Source: Octopus sinensis
Taxonomy: Eukaryota
Direction of reading: 5' to 3'
NCBI RefSeq assembly: GCF_006345805.1
Contig: NC_043011.1
Span: 54,820,464-54,884,463 of the forward strand
DNA: 64,000 nucleotides
Below are positions 52,697 through 62,237 of this stretch, piece by piece (position 1 is the first letter of the stretch; each line of letters starts with the position of its first letter). A program made the position numbers and the translations under genes. The notes beneath the pieces were generated by a model. It was not told the origin of the DNA. It was given only the letters and a program-made list of their open reading frames with translations, and did no database searches.

Positions 52697-53395
52697 AGAC
52701 ACCTAACTCTCAGAAAGTACAAAAAATTTTCTAATCCAAAGGCATTCTACAAGAGACCAATGGCCAAGTCACCTGGTACCCCCCTTGTAAACTGGGGAGA
52801 CTAGATTATTAAAAATGCAGTCATGTTGTTGTGCTTTTGTTTCAGTAACCGAAATAATGATGCCGACATTGTTCTGTAGTTAAGAAGTTCAATTTGCAAC
52901 CGTTGGATCTCAGCTTCAGACAGAGTGCAATGACACTTTGAGCGAGTGTCTTCTACTATTGTGTGTCAGGCTAACCAATGCCATGCGAGGTTACTGACAT
53001 GGCAGGTATTCTGCTGGGCCTCTTGAACTTACAAGCAGTTCTTTGATAAATACCAAACTTCAGTGTAGACTGGAGACCAACGTAAATGCTGAGACACCAA
53101 AATATTTCTATGAGAATTTTGTAAAACTGGAAACTGATGTGTGTTGTAATCTCATTCTTGTCATGAAGGACATCCCCACTTTCATATAATCTGACATTTT
53201 TGTTCATAAACTTTGAAGGTAAACTTTCTATGCAAGCACAAACATTTTCTATTGAAGTTTGTTTTGTTTTGTTTTTTTATTTCTTCAGGGGAAATTATTT
53301 TCCTAATTTGCAAAACTCTTCACTAATTTTCTGAAAAAAATTGTGGACATTAATTAATATCTTATATCAGCACAAGTGTGGTTGTGTGGTTAAGG
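52697..53395 (-). repeat. Right arm of the 700-bp inverted repeat
   Basis: See 50362-51061. Confidence 0.95.
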
Positions 53396-53539
53396 TTCAG
53401 TCTCCCTGTGTGTCTTCTACAGCCGCATACCAACCAAATCCTTGTGAGTGGATTTGGTAGATGGAAACTGAAACAAGTTTGTTATGTATGTATGTGTGCG
53501 TAAGTGTGTGTGTGTGCGTAAGTGTGTGTGTGTGCGTAA

Positions 53540-53586
<47 letters not shown>

Positions 53587-53689
53587 CAGCAAAACAATTA
53601 AGATTCAAATGAATCCAAATGAATATGGTACTTAACTTAGATGAACCAGAATTCTTTATGGCATTAACCATAAAAATATGTGGGGTGAT

Positions 53690-53844
53690 TATAACCAAGA
53701 AAAAAGTAACAAGAATAGATCAGTAATTTAGTACAATTGTTTCATACTAAGAACATTTTTATTTTGCAGCTTTAAATAAAAATGTTCTTAGTATGAAACA
53801 ATTGTACTAAATTACTGATCCATTCTTGTTATTTTTTTCTTGGT

Positions 53845-53848
<4 letters not shown>
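53690..53848. repeat. 159-bp palindrome (75-bp arms, 9-nt loop) abutting (TA)n
   Basis: Seen directly. Each arm has GAAAC-AATT-GTA-CT facing outward. Confidence 0.95.
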
Positions 53849-53875
<27 letters not shown>

Positions 53876-53910
53876 GTAAATGTAATATGTGACAATTATT
53901 CGGTAGCCAT

Positions 53911-53971
53911 GATAAAACTCTGAGTTTCGGATGCCACAATGGAAATCCACGCTGCCATCTCTTCAGTTATC
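53911..53971 (-). ncRNA. Minimal type-I hammerhead ribozyme motif in the left arm of the 53887-54097 palindrome
   Basis: Minus strand GAUAA-CUGAAGA-GAUG...CAUC-C-GAAAC-UCAGA-GUU-UUAUC. Same family as 13888-13948. Confidence 0.7.
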
Positions 53972-54184
53972 TGGCCATCAGGGAAAAAAAGGAGCATTTT
54001 TTTCGATGGCCGGGTAACTCAAAAGATGGCAGCATGGATTTCCACCTCGACATCCGAAACTCAGAGTTTTATCATGGCTACTGAATAATTGTCACATTAA
54101 CAGATAAATTCGTCTATTTACATATCAAAGTCTCTTTCATTCTTTTGTTGTCTTACCATTTCTATCAATATATATATATATGGA

Positions 54185-54528
54185 AATTGTAGCTGTGATA
54201 CCAGTGCCGGTGGCACATAAGAGAACCATCCGAACGTGGCCGTTGCCAGCGCCGCCCTGACTAGCTTCCATGCCGGTGGCATGTAAAAAGCACCATCCCA
54301 TCGTGGCCGTTGCCAGCCTCACCTGGCCTTCATGCCAGTGGCACGTAAAAAGCAACCACTACACTCATGGAGTGGTTGGCGTTAGGAAGGGCATCCAGCT
54401 GTAGAAACACTGCCAGATCAGACTGGGCCTGGTGCAGCCTTCTGGCTTCCCAGACCCCAGTTGAACTGTCCAACCCATGCCAGCATGGAAAGCGGACGCT
54501 AAACGATGATGATGATGATGATGATGAT
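54185..54528 (+). mobile_element. RTE 3' UTR copy
   Basis: High similarity to 8880-9260 with a (GAT)n tail. Confidence 0.85.
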
Positions 54529-54829
54529 ATATACATATATATACACTTATTATTATGAGGATATATACCTCTTAAAAGGATGTTTATATGCTGAGTCTGT
54601 GAATGGTTCCTCAATCCTTTGGGATATGATACCTTTTTGTGTTGATTTCTAACCCTGATGAAATGTTCAATTTACTATATTCGAAATGCATCTAGAATTT
54701 AATTATTTGGAATTTGAATTAATTGAATATAGAAACAGTTGTAAGTTATAAGAAATTAATGTTCAAAACTGGAGTTATGATAATTTTCTTTTTCTTATAC
54801 ACACACACACACGCCCATATATACATCAT

Positions 54830-55005
54830 CAGCCATGCTTCCTGAAACTTGCCAACACTACACCTGATATCCCCCACCACTCCATGTATATCATGGCTCA
54901 TACACTGTTCCCTTTCCTGACTTTTGTACACAATCCTATGTACTGTACATGCACCTTTGACGAGTTGTAGTGTACCTGAGCACTATACACAATAATTTCA
55001 CTATT
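54830..55005 (+). mobile_element. CR1-like LINE 3' UTR with (ATT)n tail
   Basis: Homologous to 15460-15700 (reverse). Confidence 0.65.
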
Positions 55006-55043
<38 letters not shown>

Positions 55044-55044
55044 G

Positions 55045-55440
55045 TTATGTTTGACTTTTGCTTTACATTTGTACAAGTTGGCTCCAAGTCTCACCCAGAG
55101 ACCTCAAGAGACAAGTTGGAAGTTCATGTTGGTGTTATGCCTAGGGTGCCATATATTTGGTTTTGTACATAGTGTTGTTCTAGAGAATGTTTAAGAAACC
55201 ATCAGAAAATTATGTGTTTGTTTTAAAACTTGAGATTACATAGAAAGTATTTTGCGCAGGATATGGGCAGTTCCCATGAGCACTATCTTTTGAATTTCTG
55301 CCATTTTGGGGTTTCCTGGTATCTGAGTTAGGTAGCAATCAGCCCCTTTTGCTATCATTTCCAGGGCACCTATGACAACAGATATTGTTTTAGTCTTCAG
55401 ATTCCACATTTTGCTAATTTCTATTTCAAGATGTTTATAC
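55045..55440 (-). mobile_element. R4/Dong-like RLE non-LTR retrotransposon 3' fragment 1
   Basis: YKHLEIEISKMWNLKTKTISVVIGALEMIAKG..IQKIVLMGTAHILRKILSM*. Flanked by (TAA)n on both sides. Confidence 0.75.
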
Positions 55441-55526
<86 letters not shown>

Positions 55527-55548
55527 TATTATTATTATTATTATTATT

Positions 55549-56075
55549 CCTTCATAACACAGTGTAGGTAAAAAATGCACCTGAGCCTTTAGTCATCTTT
55601 CAAGTCACAGCAGGGACCTCAGACAGATAATTCTTTCCTTAAGATTTGTGCTATGCCCAGTAGGGCCACTTTTTGCAAGACATCAATCTTGTATGGGATT
55701 TCCAGTTGCCTTAAGGAATTTTGAAGTTTCAATGAGATTTTGAGTCCAGCACTCCCATCACCACAGGTATCACTTTTACATTACCCTCATTCCATACAGT
55801 CTTGCCATTTCCACTTTCAAGTCGGAGTACTTGATGACTTTTTCAACCTCTTTACTCACAACATTCATGTCATTCGATATGGCTACATCAATGATCTGAC
55901 AGTATTTGTCTCTCTTATTCAATATGACAATATCTGGTCAACAGTGTTCGATTATACGATCTGTCTGAAATTCATAATCCCAGAATATCATTGCTTTTCC
56001 ATCCTCCTGCATAAATGTACTTGGTATATGCTCATACCAGTTCCCTGTTACTTCATATTGGTATATATATATTAT
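55549..56075 (-). mobile_element. R4/Dong-like RLE non-LTR retrotransposon 3' fragment 2
   Basis: WYEHIP..IFWDYEFQTDRIIEHC*PDIVILNKRDKYCQIIDVAI..KEVEKVIKYSDL (PD..D..E.K RLE motif) and ALLGIAQILRKELSV*. The (TAA)n tail spans 55441-55548. Confidence 0.8.
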
Positions 56076-56130
56076 TTATTATTACTATCTAATTGAACGC
56101 TATGCATCCATTTCCAAGTAAGTATATATA

Positions 56131-56174
<44 letters not shown>

Positions 56175-56179
<5 letters not shown>

Positions 56180-56430
56180 TCATCATCATCATCATCATCA
56201 TTCATTTAGCGTCCGTTTTCCATGCTAGCATGGGTTGGATGGTTCAACTGGGGTCTGGGGAGCCCGAAGGCTGCACCAGGCCAGTCAGATCTGGCAGTGT
56301 TTCTACAGCTGGATGCCCTTCCTAACGCCAACCACTCCGAGAGTGTAGTGGGTGATTTTATGTGCCACCGACACAGGTGCCAGACGAGGCTGGCGAACGG
56401 CCACGCTCGGATGGTGTTTTTTATGTGCCA
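56175..56430 (-). mobile_element. RTE 3' UTR copy
   Basis: Near-identical to 17570-17778 (reverse). Confidence 0.85.
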
Positions 56431-56454
56431 TATATATATATGTATGTATGTATG

Positions 56455-56501
<47 letters not shown>

Positions 56502-56534
56502 ATATATATATATATATATACACATACATATATA

Positions 56535-56582
<48 letters not shown>

Positions 56583-56724
56583 TATATATTATATTAAATT
56601 AGAGACGAGGCAAAACCACTATTAGGCAAATCATACAATTAAAAACTTAAGCCAATACATAAGATTATTACCTTATATTATTTAAATATATAACAAAATT
56701 ATTAAAAAAATATAATTAATATAT

Positions 56725-56788
56725 CACTACGATCGTTTCATGGCTGCTATCTTCTTTAAACTTTCGAGTCACAGTCATTCATCAGGTG
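56725..56788 (-). ncRNA. Minimal type-I hammerhead ribozyme motif (left arm)
   Basis: Exact reverse complement of 56966-57029. Confidence 0.75.
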
Positions 56789-56965
56789 GTTTAAATATTT
56801 TTCTTGGCGAGGTTAAACAATGAACAGTTCATTTATCTTGGTGAGGTTAAACAATGAACAGTTCATTTATCTTGGTGAGGTTAAACAATGAACAGTTCAT
56901 TGTTTAACCTCACCAAGATAAATGAACTGTTCATTGTTTAACCTCGCCAAGAAAAATATTTAAAC

Positions 56966-57029
56966 CACCTGATGAATGACTGTGACTCGAAAGTTTAAAG
57001 AAGATAGCAGCCATGAAACGATCGTAGTG
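56966..57029 (+). ncRNA. Minimal type-I hammerhead ribozyme motif (right arm)
   Basis: CAC-CUGAUGA-AUGACUGU..GCAGCCAU-GAAAC-GAUC-GUA-GUG. Intact core, 3-bp stem I, 7/8-bp stem II, palindromic stem III ACGAUCGU, GUA cleavage after 57026. Confidence 0.75.
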
Positions 57030-57154
57030 ATATATTAATTATATTTTTTAATAATTTTGTTATATATTTAAATAATATAAATTAAATAATCTTATGTATT
57101 GGCTTAAGTTTTTAATTGTATGATTTGCCTAATAGTGGTTTTGTCTCTAATTTA

Positions 57155-57203
<49 letters not shown>

Positions 57204-57234
57204 TCATATATCATCATCATCAATCATCATCATC

Positions 57235-57660
57235 ATCATCATCATTTAATGTCCGTTTTCCATGCTAGCATGAGTTGGACGGTTTGACCGGGGTCTGGGA
57301 AGCCAGGAGGCTGCACCAGGCTCCAGTCTGATCTGGCAGTGATTCTACAGCTGGATGCCCTTCCTAAAGCCAACCATTCCATGAGTATTGTGGGTGCTTT
57401 TTATGTGCCACCGGCACAGACACCAATCAAGGTGGTGCTGGCATTGGCCACGTTCAGATGGTGCTTTTTACGTGCCGCCGGCATGGGTATCACAACTACA
57501 ATTTCCATTTGACTTATATTTTGATGTTGATGTACTTGACTCAATAGGTCTCCTCAAGCACAGCGGGTCACCCTACGATCCAAGGTAAGCACAGCAGGCC
57601 GACCTGCGAGCCATGAACTTACTTCATTTGTCAGGTCTTCGCAGTCACAGCATATCTCCA
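57235..57660 (-). mobile_element. RTE 3' UTR copy
   Basis: Homologous to 8880-9350. Confidence 0.8.
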
Positions 57661-58578
57661 GAGGTATTCTGTGACTGCAAAGGCCTGACAAATGAAGTGA
57701 GTTCATGGCTCGCAGGACAGCCTGCTATATATACACACATATATATTTGCATTGATTGGCTTGGAGCAATAATAGAAGGTTCTTGCCCAAGGTGCCACAC
57801 AGTGAAACAGAACTGGAAACCGTGTGGTTCCAAATCATGGACAAGTTAAGACGTGATAAATGTGAAAAAGGAAAGTGGGGAAATGAAACAGTCCAGAGTT
57901 TCTAATAATAGATAAAGAGTCTATGAGTTAGATAACATTTGTGAGAACCGTTATCTTTAAGAGCCTTTCATATGATATATACATACACATATATATCTGT
58001 GTGTGTGCATATATGTAGGTATATAAATATGTGTGTGTGTGTGTAGTTAAGTGCATGAGAGAGAGAGAGAGAGAGAGAGAGAGATATCAACAATTAAAGA
58101 CACTTCTAGATTGGACTTAAGTTGGGTGAATGCCCACGATGGTAATTTCTATCATATCATCAACATCACTGCATTGCATCCATGCTCAAGTCATGTGATT
58201 GAACATTAGCCGAGTCCACCCGGCCAAAAGCAGAACCCAACCCACATAAGATAAACATGGTAAAACTGATAAGGGATTTTATTTATTTCTGGTATCGATA
58301 GGGAAAGTTACTAGATCTCTGTATAAGACCTACATTGATCAAAGTTGGTCATGCATCAGCAGATGGATGCACAGAACTAGACATGATGATCATTCTTTGC
58401 AGAAAGCATGCAGTTATCCGTGGATGCAAGTTTCCATTCCTTTCTCCACCAATGTTTATGCAAGGTAAAACAGTTGACCTGAGCCATTATAGTTTGACAC
58501 CAAAGTTGTTGCAAGCATTGTTGTCTCCTGTAGTGAATGAAATGAATGCATAATGCACTACTTCTCAAACAGTACATG

Positions 58579-58859
58579 TTCCTTCTCGAGCCATGCCTGG
58601 CTCATAAGGGCCAGTTTCCTTGGCGTATAGGTTCCCCACCTGGACGGGACGCCAGTCCGTTGCAGGTGTGCTGCAAGATGCAGGAGGAAAGAGTGAGAGA
58701 AATTTGTGGCGAAAGAATCAGCAGAAGTTCGCCATTACCTTCTGCCAGAGCCGCGTGGAGCTTAGGTGTTTCGCTCATAAACACACACATCGCCCGGTCT
58801 CAGATTCGAACCCACGATCCCTCGGCCGCTGCTCTAACCACTAGGCCATGTGCCTCCAC
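58579..58859 (-). mobile_element. tRNA-derived SINE (C head, D-type tail) with perfect 12-bp TSD
   Basis: TSD AAACAGTACATG at 58567-58578 and 58860-58871. Confidence 0.88.
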
Positions 58860-59350
58860 AAACAGTACATGGTGGTGTACTGATGCACTGCAAGGAATAT
58901 CTTGGTGCATTGCTTGTTTTATAATTCTATAATTCAGGTTATTTAGAAAATCCATGAAATGCTTTCGTGTGAGGCAAATCATCTGATTTCAAGAAAGGGG
59001 CCACATGCAAAAAAATAAACCAAAGTGAATAGTTGTTCTTTAGTCTCTAATTTTCCAATACTGTACCAGAAATACAAGCAGCTAGTAGAAAATATAAGCC
59101 ACTAGTAGGAAATAGAAATAAATAATAGGAAATGCATGCGACAAGAAGGAAGTATGAGTAACTAGTGGGGAAGATAAGCAGCCAGGAGGAAATGCAGAAA
59201 TGCAAGCAAGCAAGAAGAAACACAAGAAACCAGCAGGAAATAAAAACTAGTACAGAATATGTGGAGAGACATGGCTTAGTGGTTACAGCGATGGACTCGC
59301 AGTTGAGGGATTGTGAGTTCGAATCTCAGGCCGGGTGATGTGTGTTTTTA

Positions 59351-59785
59351 TGTTGTGTGGACCAGTGGTTTTCAACCAGGGTTCCGTGGAACCTTAGGGT
59401 TCCGCCAGTACAGTCCAGGGGTTCCGCAAGAAGTTACAAAACTGCTAAAATCGGCAATAATTTTTAATTCTCCTGTGCGATTATGTGTGCATAAGACTAT
59501 TAAATTATTGCACAGGGGTTCCTCGAGCGAGTGGAATGTTTCCTTGGGGTTCCGCTCCAGCAAAAAGTTTGAAAAGCACTGGTGTGGACACTCCCAGACG
59601 ATAAGTAGGTTAGACCAATATGTATAAATAGTGGACGTGATAGCTAGTTGGAGAAGCATCGAGTAAAGTCGTCAGTAGACTAGACGTCAAGTTCTGTTGA
59701 GTCGAGTCATCGGAAGTGAGAGTTCGATAGTTGAGTAGAGGTATGTTATTGGTGAAGACACACCATCTGAATGTGCAATATAACA
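59351..59785 (+). mobile_element. Short solo LTR (~208 bp net of the MITE)
   Basis: TGTT...AACA termini, TATAAATA box, 5-bp TSD TTTTA/GTTTA. Confidence 0.6.
59363..59581. mobile_element. hAT (Charlie-like) MITE, 219 bp
   Basis: TIRs CAGTGGTTTTCAAC / TTTGAAAAGCACTG and a perfect 8-bp TSD GTGTGGAC. Confidence 0.9.
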
Positions 59786-60120
59786 GTTTATGAGTAAAAC
59801 ACCTAAGCTTCATGCAGCTCTGGCAGAAGATAATGGCGAACTTCTGCTGACTCTTTCACCACAACATTCTCTTACTCTTTTCTCCTGCATCTAGCTGCTC
59901 ACTTGTGACGGACAAGCATCATGTTCAGGTGGGGAACCTGTATGCCAGTGAAACTGGGAAACTGGCCCTATGAACCAGGCATGGCTTGAGAAGGAACAAA
60001 CAGCAACAACAGTAGAGAATACAAGTGACGAGAAGGGAACAGAAGCAACCAGGAAGAAATACAAGCAACTAATAGAAAATACAAGTAAACAAGAGGAAAC
60101 ACAAGCAAGAAATACAAGCA

Positions 60121-61060
60121 ACTAGTTGGAAACACAAGCAATAAGGAGGAAACACAAGCAATAAGGTGGAAACACAAGCAACAAGTGGGAAACACAAGCA
60201 ATAAGGTGGAAACACAAGCAACTAGTGGGAAATACAAGCAATAAGGTGGAAACACAAGCAACAAGTGGGAAATACAAGCAATAAGGTGGAAACACAAGCA
60301 ACTAGTGGGAAATACAAGCAATAAGGTGGAAACACAAGCAACAAGTGGGAAACACAAGCAATAAGGTGGAAACACAAGCAACTAGTGGGAAATACAAGCA
60401 ATAAGGTGGAAACACAAGCAATAAGGTGGAAACACAAGCAACAAGTGGGAAACACAAGCAATAAGGTGGAAACACAAGCAACTAGTGGGAAATACAAGCA
60501 ATAAGGTGGAAACACAAGCAACTAGTGGGAAATACAAGCAATAAGGTGGAAACACAAGCAACTAGTGGGAAATACAAGCAATAAAGTGGAAACACAAGCA
60601 ACAAGTGGGAAATACAAGCAATAAGGTGGAAACACAAGCAACTAGTGGGAAATACAAGCAATAAGGTGGAAACACAAGCAATAAGGTGGAAACACAAGCA
60701 ACAAGTGGGAAACACAAGCAATAAGGTGGAAACACAAGCAACTAGAGGGAAATAAAAGCAATAAGGTGGAAACACAAGCAATAAGGTGGAAACACAAGCA
60801 ACAAGTGGGAAACACAAGCAATAAGGTGGAAACACAAGCAACTAGAGGGAAATAAAAGCAATAAGGTGGAAACACAAGCAACTAGTTGGAAACACAAGCA
60901 ATAAGGTGGAAACACAAGCAACTAGTGGGAAACACAAGCAATAAAGTGGAAACACAAGCAACTAGTGGGAAATACAAGCAATAAGGTGGAAACACAAGCA
61001 ACTAGTGGGAAATACAAGCAATAAGGTGGAAACACAAGCAACTAGTGAGAAATACAAGCA
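60121..61060. repeat. 20-bp minisatellite, 47 units, with interspersed variant units
   Basis: Exact 20-bp period. Units ATAAGGTGGAAACACAAGCA / ACTAGTGGGAAATACAAGCA / ACAAGTGGGAAACACAAGCA. Confidence 0.97.
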
Positions 61061-61123
61061 AGAAAAACAAGCAATTAGGAGGAAACACAAGCAACTAGTT
61101 GGAAACACAAGCAACTAATAGGA

Positions 61124-61534
61124 TGTAGTGGCACAAGCAGTCAGCACCATATTGGCTGAGATCTCGCAGCAGCCATTGCCATCTCTGAGACTGGAGAGAG
61201 ACCTCACCTGCATCCATTTGCCATGTGCGAGATCACAACAAGGCTCGCGATGGCAAACTGTATATAAGGGCCGAACAGATTGAGATTCCTCCTCTTTTGC
61301 CGCCTCTTAGCAGCAGCACTTGCTGAGTGCACTCCACAGGCTGGGCCTGTCTGCATGTTGTACCTCCAGAGGCAATATGCTCACACTAACGGAGCTACTA
61401 CACAATGCACACAGCTAAAGATGGTTGCTGAGAGCAGCACACTTCACCTGTTCTGTGAAACTTGTAAATAAACCAGTTGTAAATTGCATTGGACTTGAAG
61501 TCTTCTCTCTTCGCCTGCCGGAGCCTGAACTACA
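61124..61534 (+). mobile_element. Candidate solo LTR (411 bp)
   Basis: TGTAGT...ACTACA termini, TATATAAG box, AATAAA near the 3' end. No clean TSD. Confidence 0.55.
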
Positions 61535-62237
61535 CAACGAACAAAAAGAGACAATGGAAGAAGGCAATATTCTCCCGATATCGAAAACCTTGCCATCCAT
61601 TATAAGGACTTACAATTTAAGGCTATATAACATCGATATAGTTTGCATCTACAGTCTGGAAGTCCTATCTTACCCAGAATATCAATCTACTAGAAGCTGT
61701 TGTCTAGAGATACGCAACCAGACGCAGACCCTCTGTCAGTCATACACCATATCTTCACTATTTTTCAGCTTTGGGCATTGACACACCAAAGCTTGAAAGT
61801 TTAGCAGTAACGTCTTAGAAGCCCATAATGTTATTCGCCGTTTTCCCAACGACGACTTTGGCCACCTTTTAGGATTCAAACTTGTACAACCTGTACACAT
61901 ATTTATAAAATACAAAGCAGAAAATAAATAAACCCAGTCCAGCACCCACAACTTTCAGAAACATTGATTCTCACGATAAGAATTGCATGGAATAAACTAC
62001 TTTAACTGTCAGGACACAGCATCTTGCAAAGATTCCATGCTTCTTTGACATTTTTACCAAAGTTAGTTCTTTCAGTTTTATGTTCGGAATTCAAATGTTA
62101 CTAGGGTCAACTTTTGCCTTTCAGTCTTTCGGGCTCGATTGTCGTATATTAGGGGTGATGAAATCAACTAACACCCCACCACATTCCCACACAATTTCAG
62201 GCTTTGCTTGCGTTTACGGAAGAAAGGGTCGTCGTCG

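Larger units (their letters stand above)
56588..57161. repeat. ~570-bp near-perfect palindrome (1-nt loop at 56894) in (TA)n, with an internal 34-bp tandem repeat
   Basis: The arms differ by one extra 34-bp unit, a 5-bp indel and a few small changes. Confidence 0.97.
59260..60010 (+). mobile_element. tRNA-derived SINE with nested solo LTR and MITE
   Basis: TSD AGTACAGAATA (59249-59259) / AGTAGAGAATA (60011-60021). Homologous to 58579-58859. Confidence 0.75.

Noticed and set aside
50444-53207. Duplicated ORF pair (50444-50785 + and 52971-53207 -) as a duplicated gene
   Set aside because: No recognisable protein family or splice context. The pair simply reflects the inverted repeat.
59968-60881. 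Hydrophobic repeat ORFs on the minus strand of the minisatellite
   Set aside because: They arise in several frames from the 20-bp period, with no start context, splice signals or unique flanking domain.
60121-61060. CRISPR-like array (constant 13-bp motif alternating with variable 7-mers)
   Set aside because: The variable parts are only three recurring variants, not unique 25-45-bp spacers. The context is eukaryotic with no cas genes.
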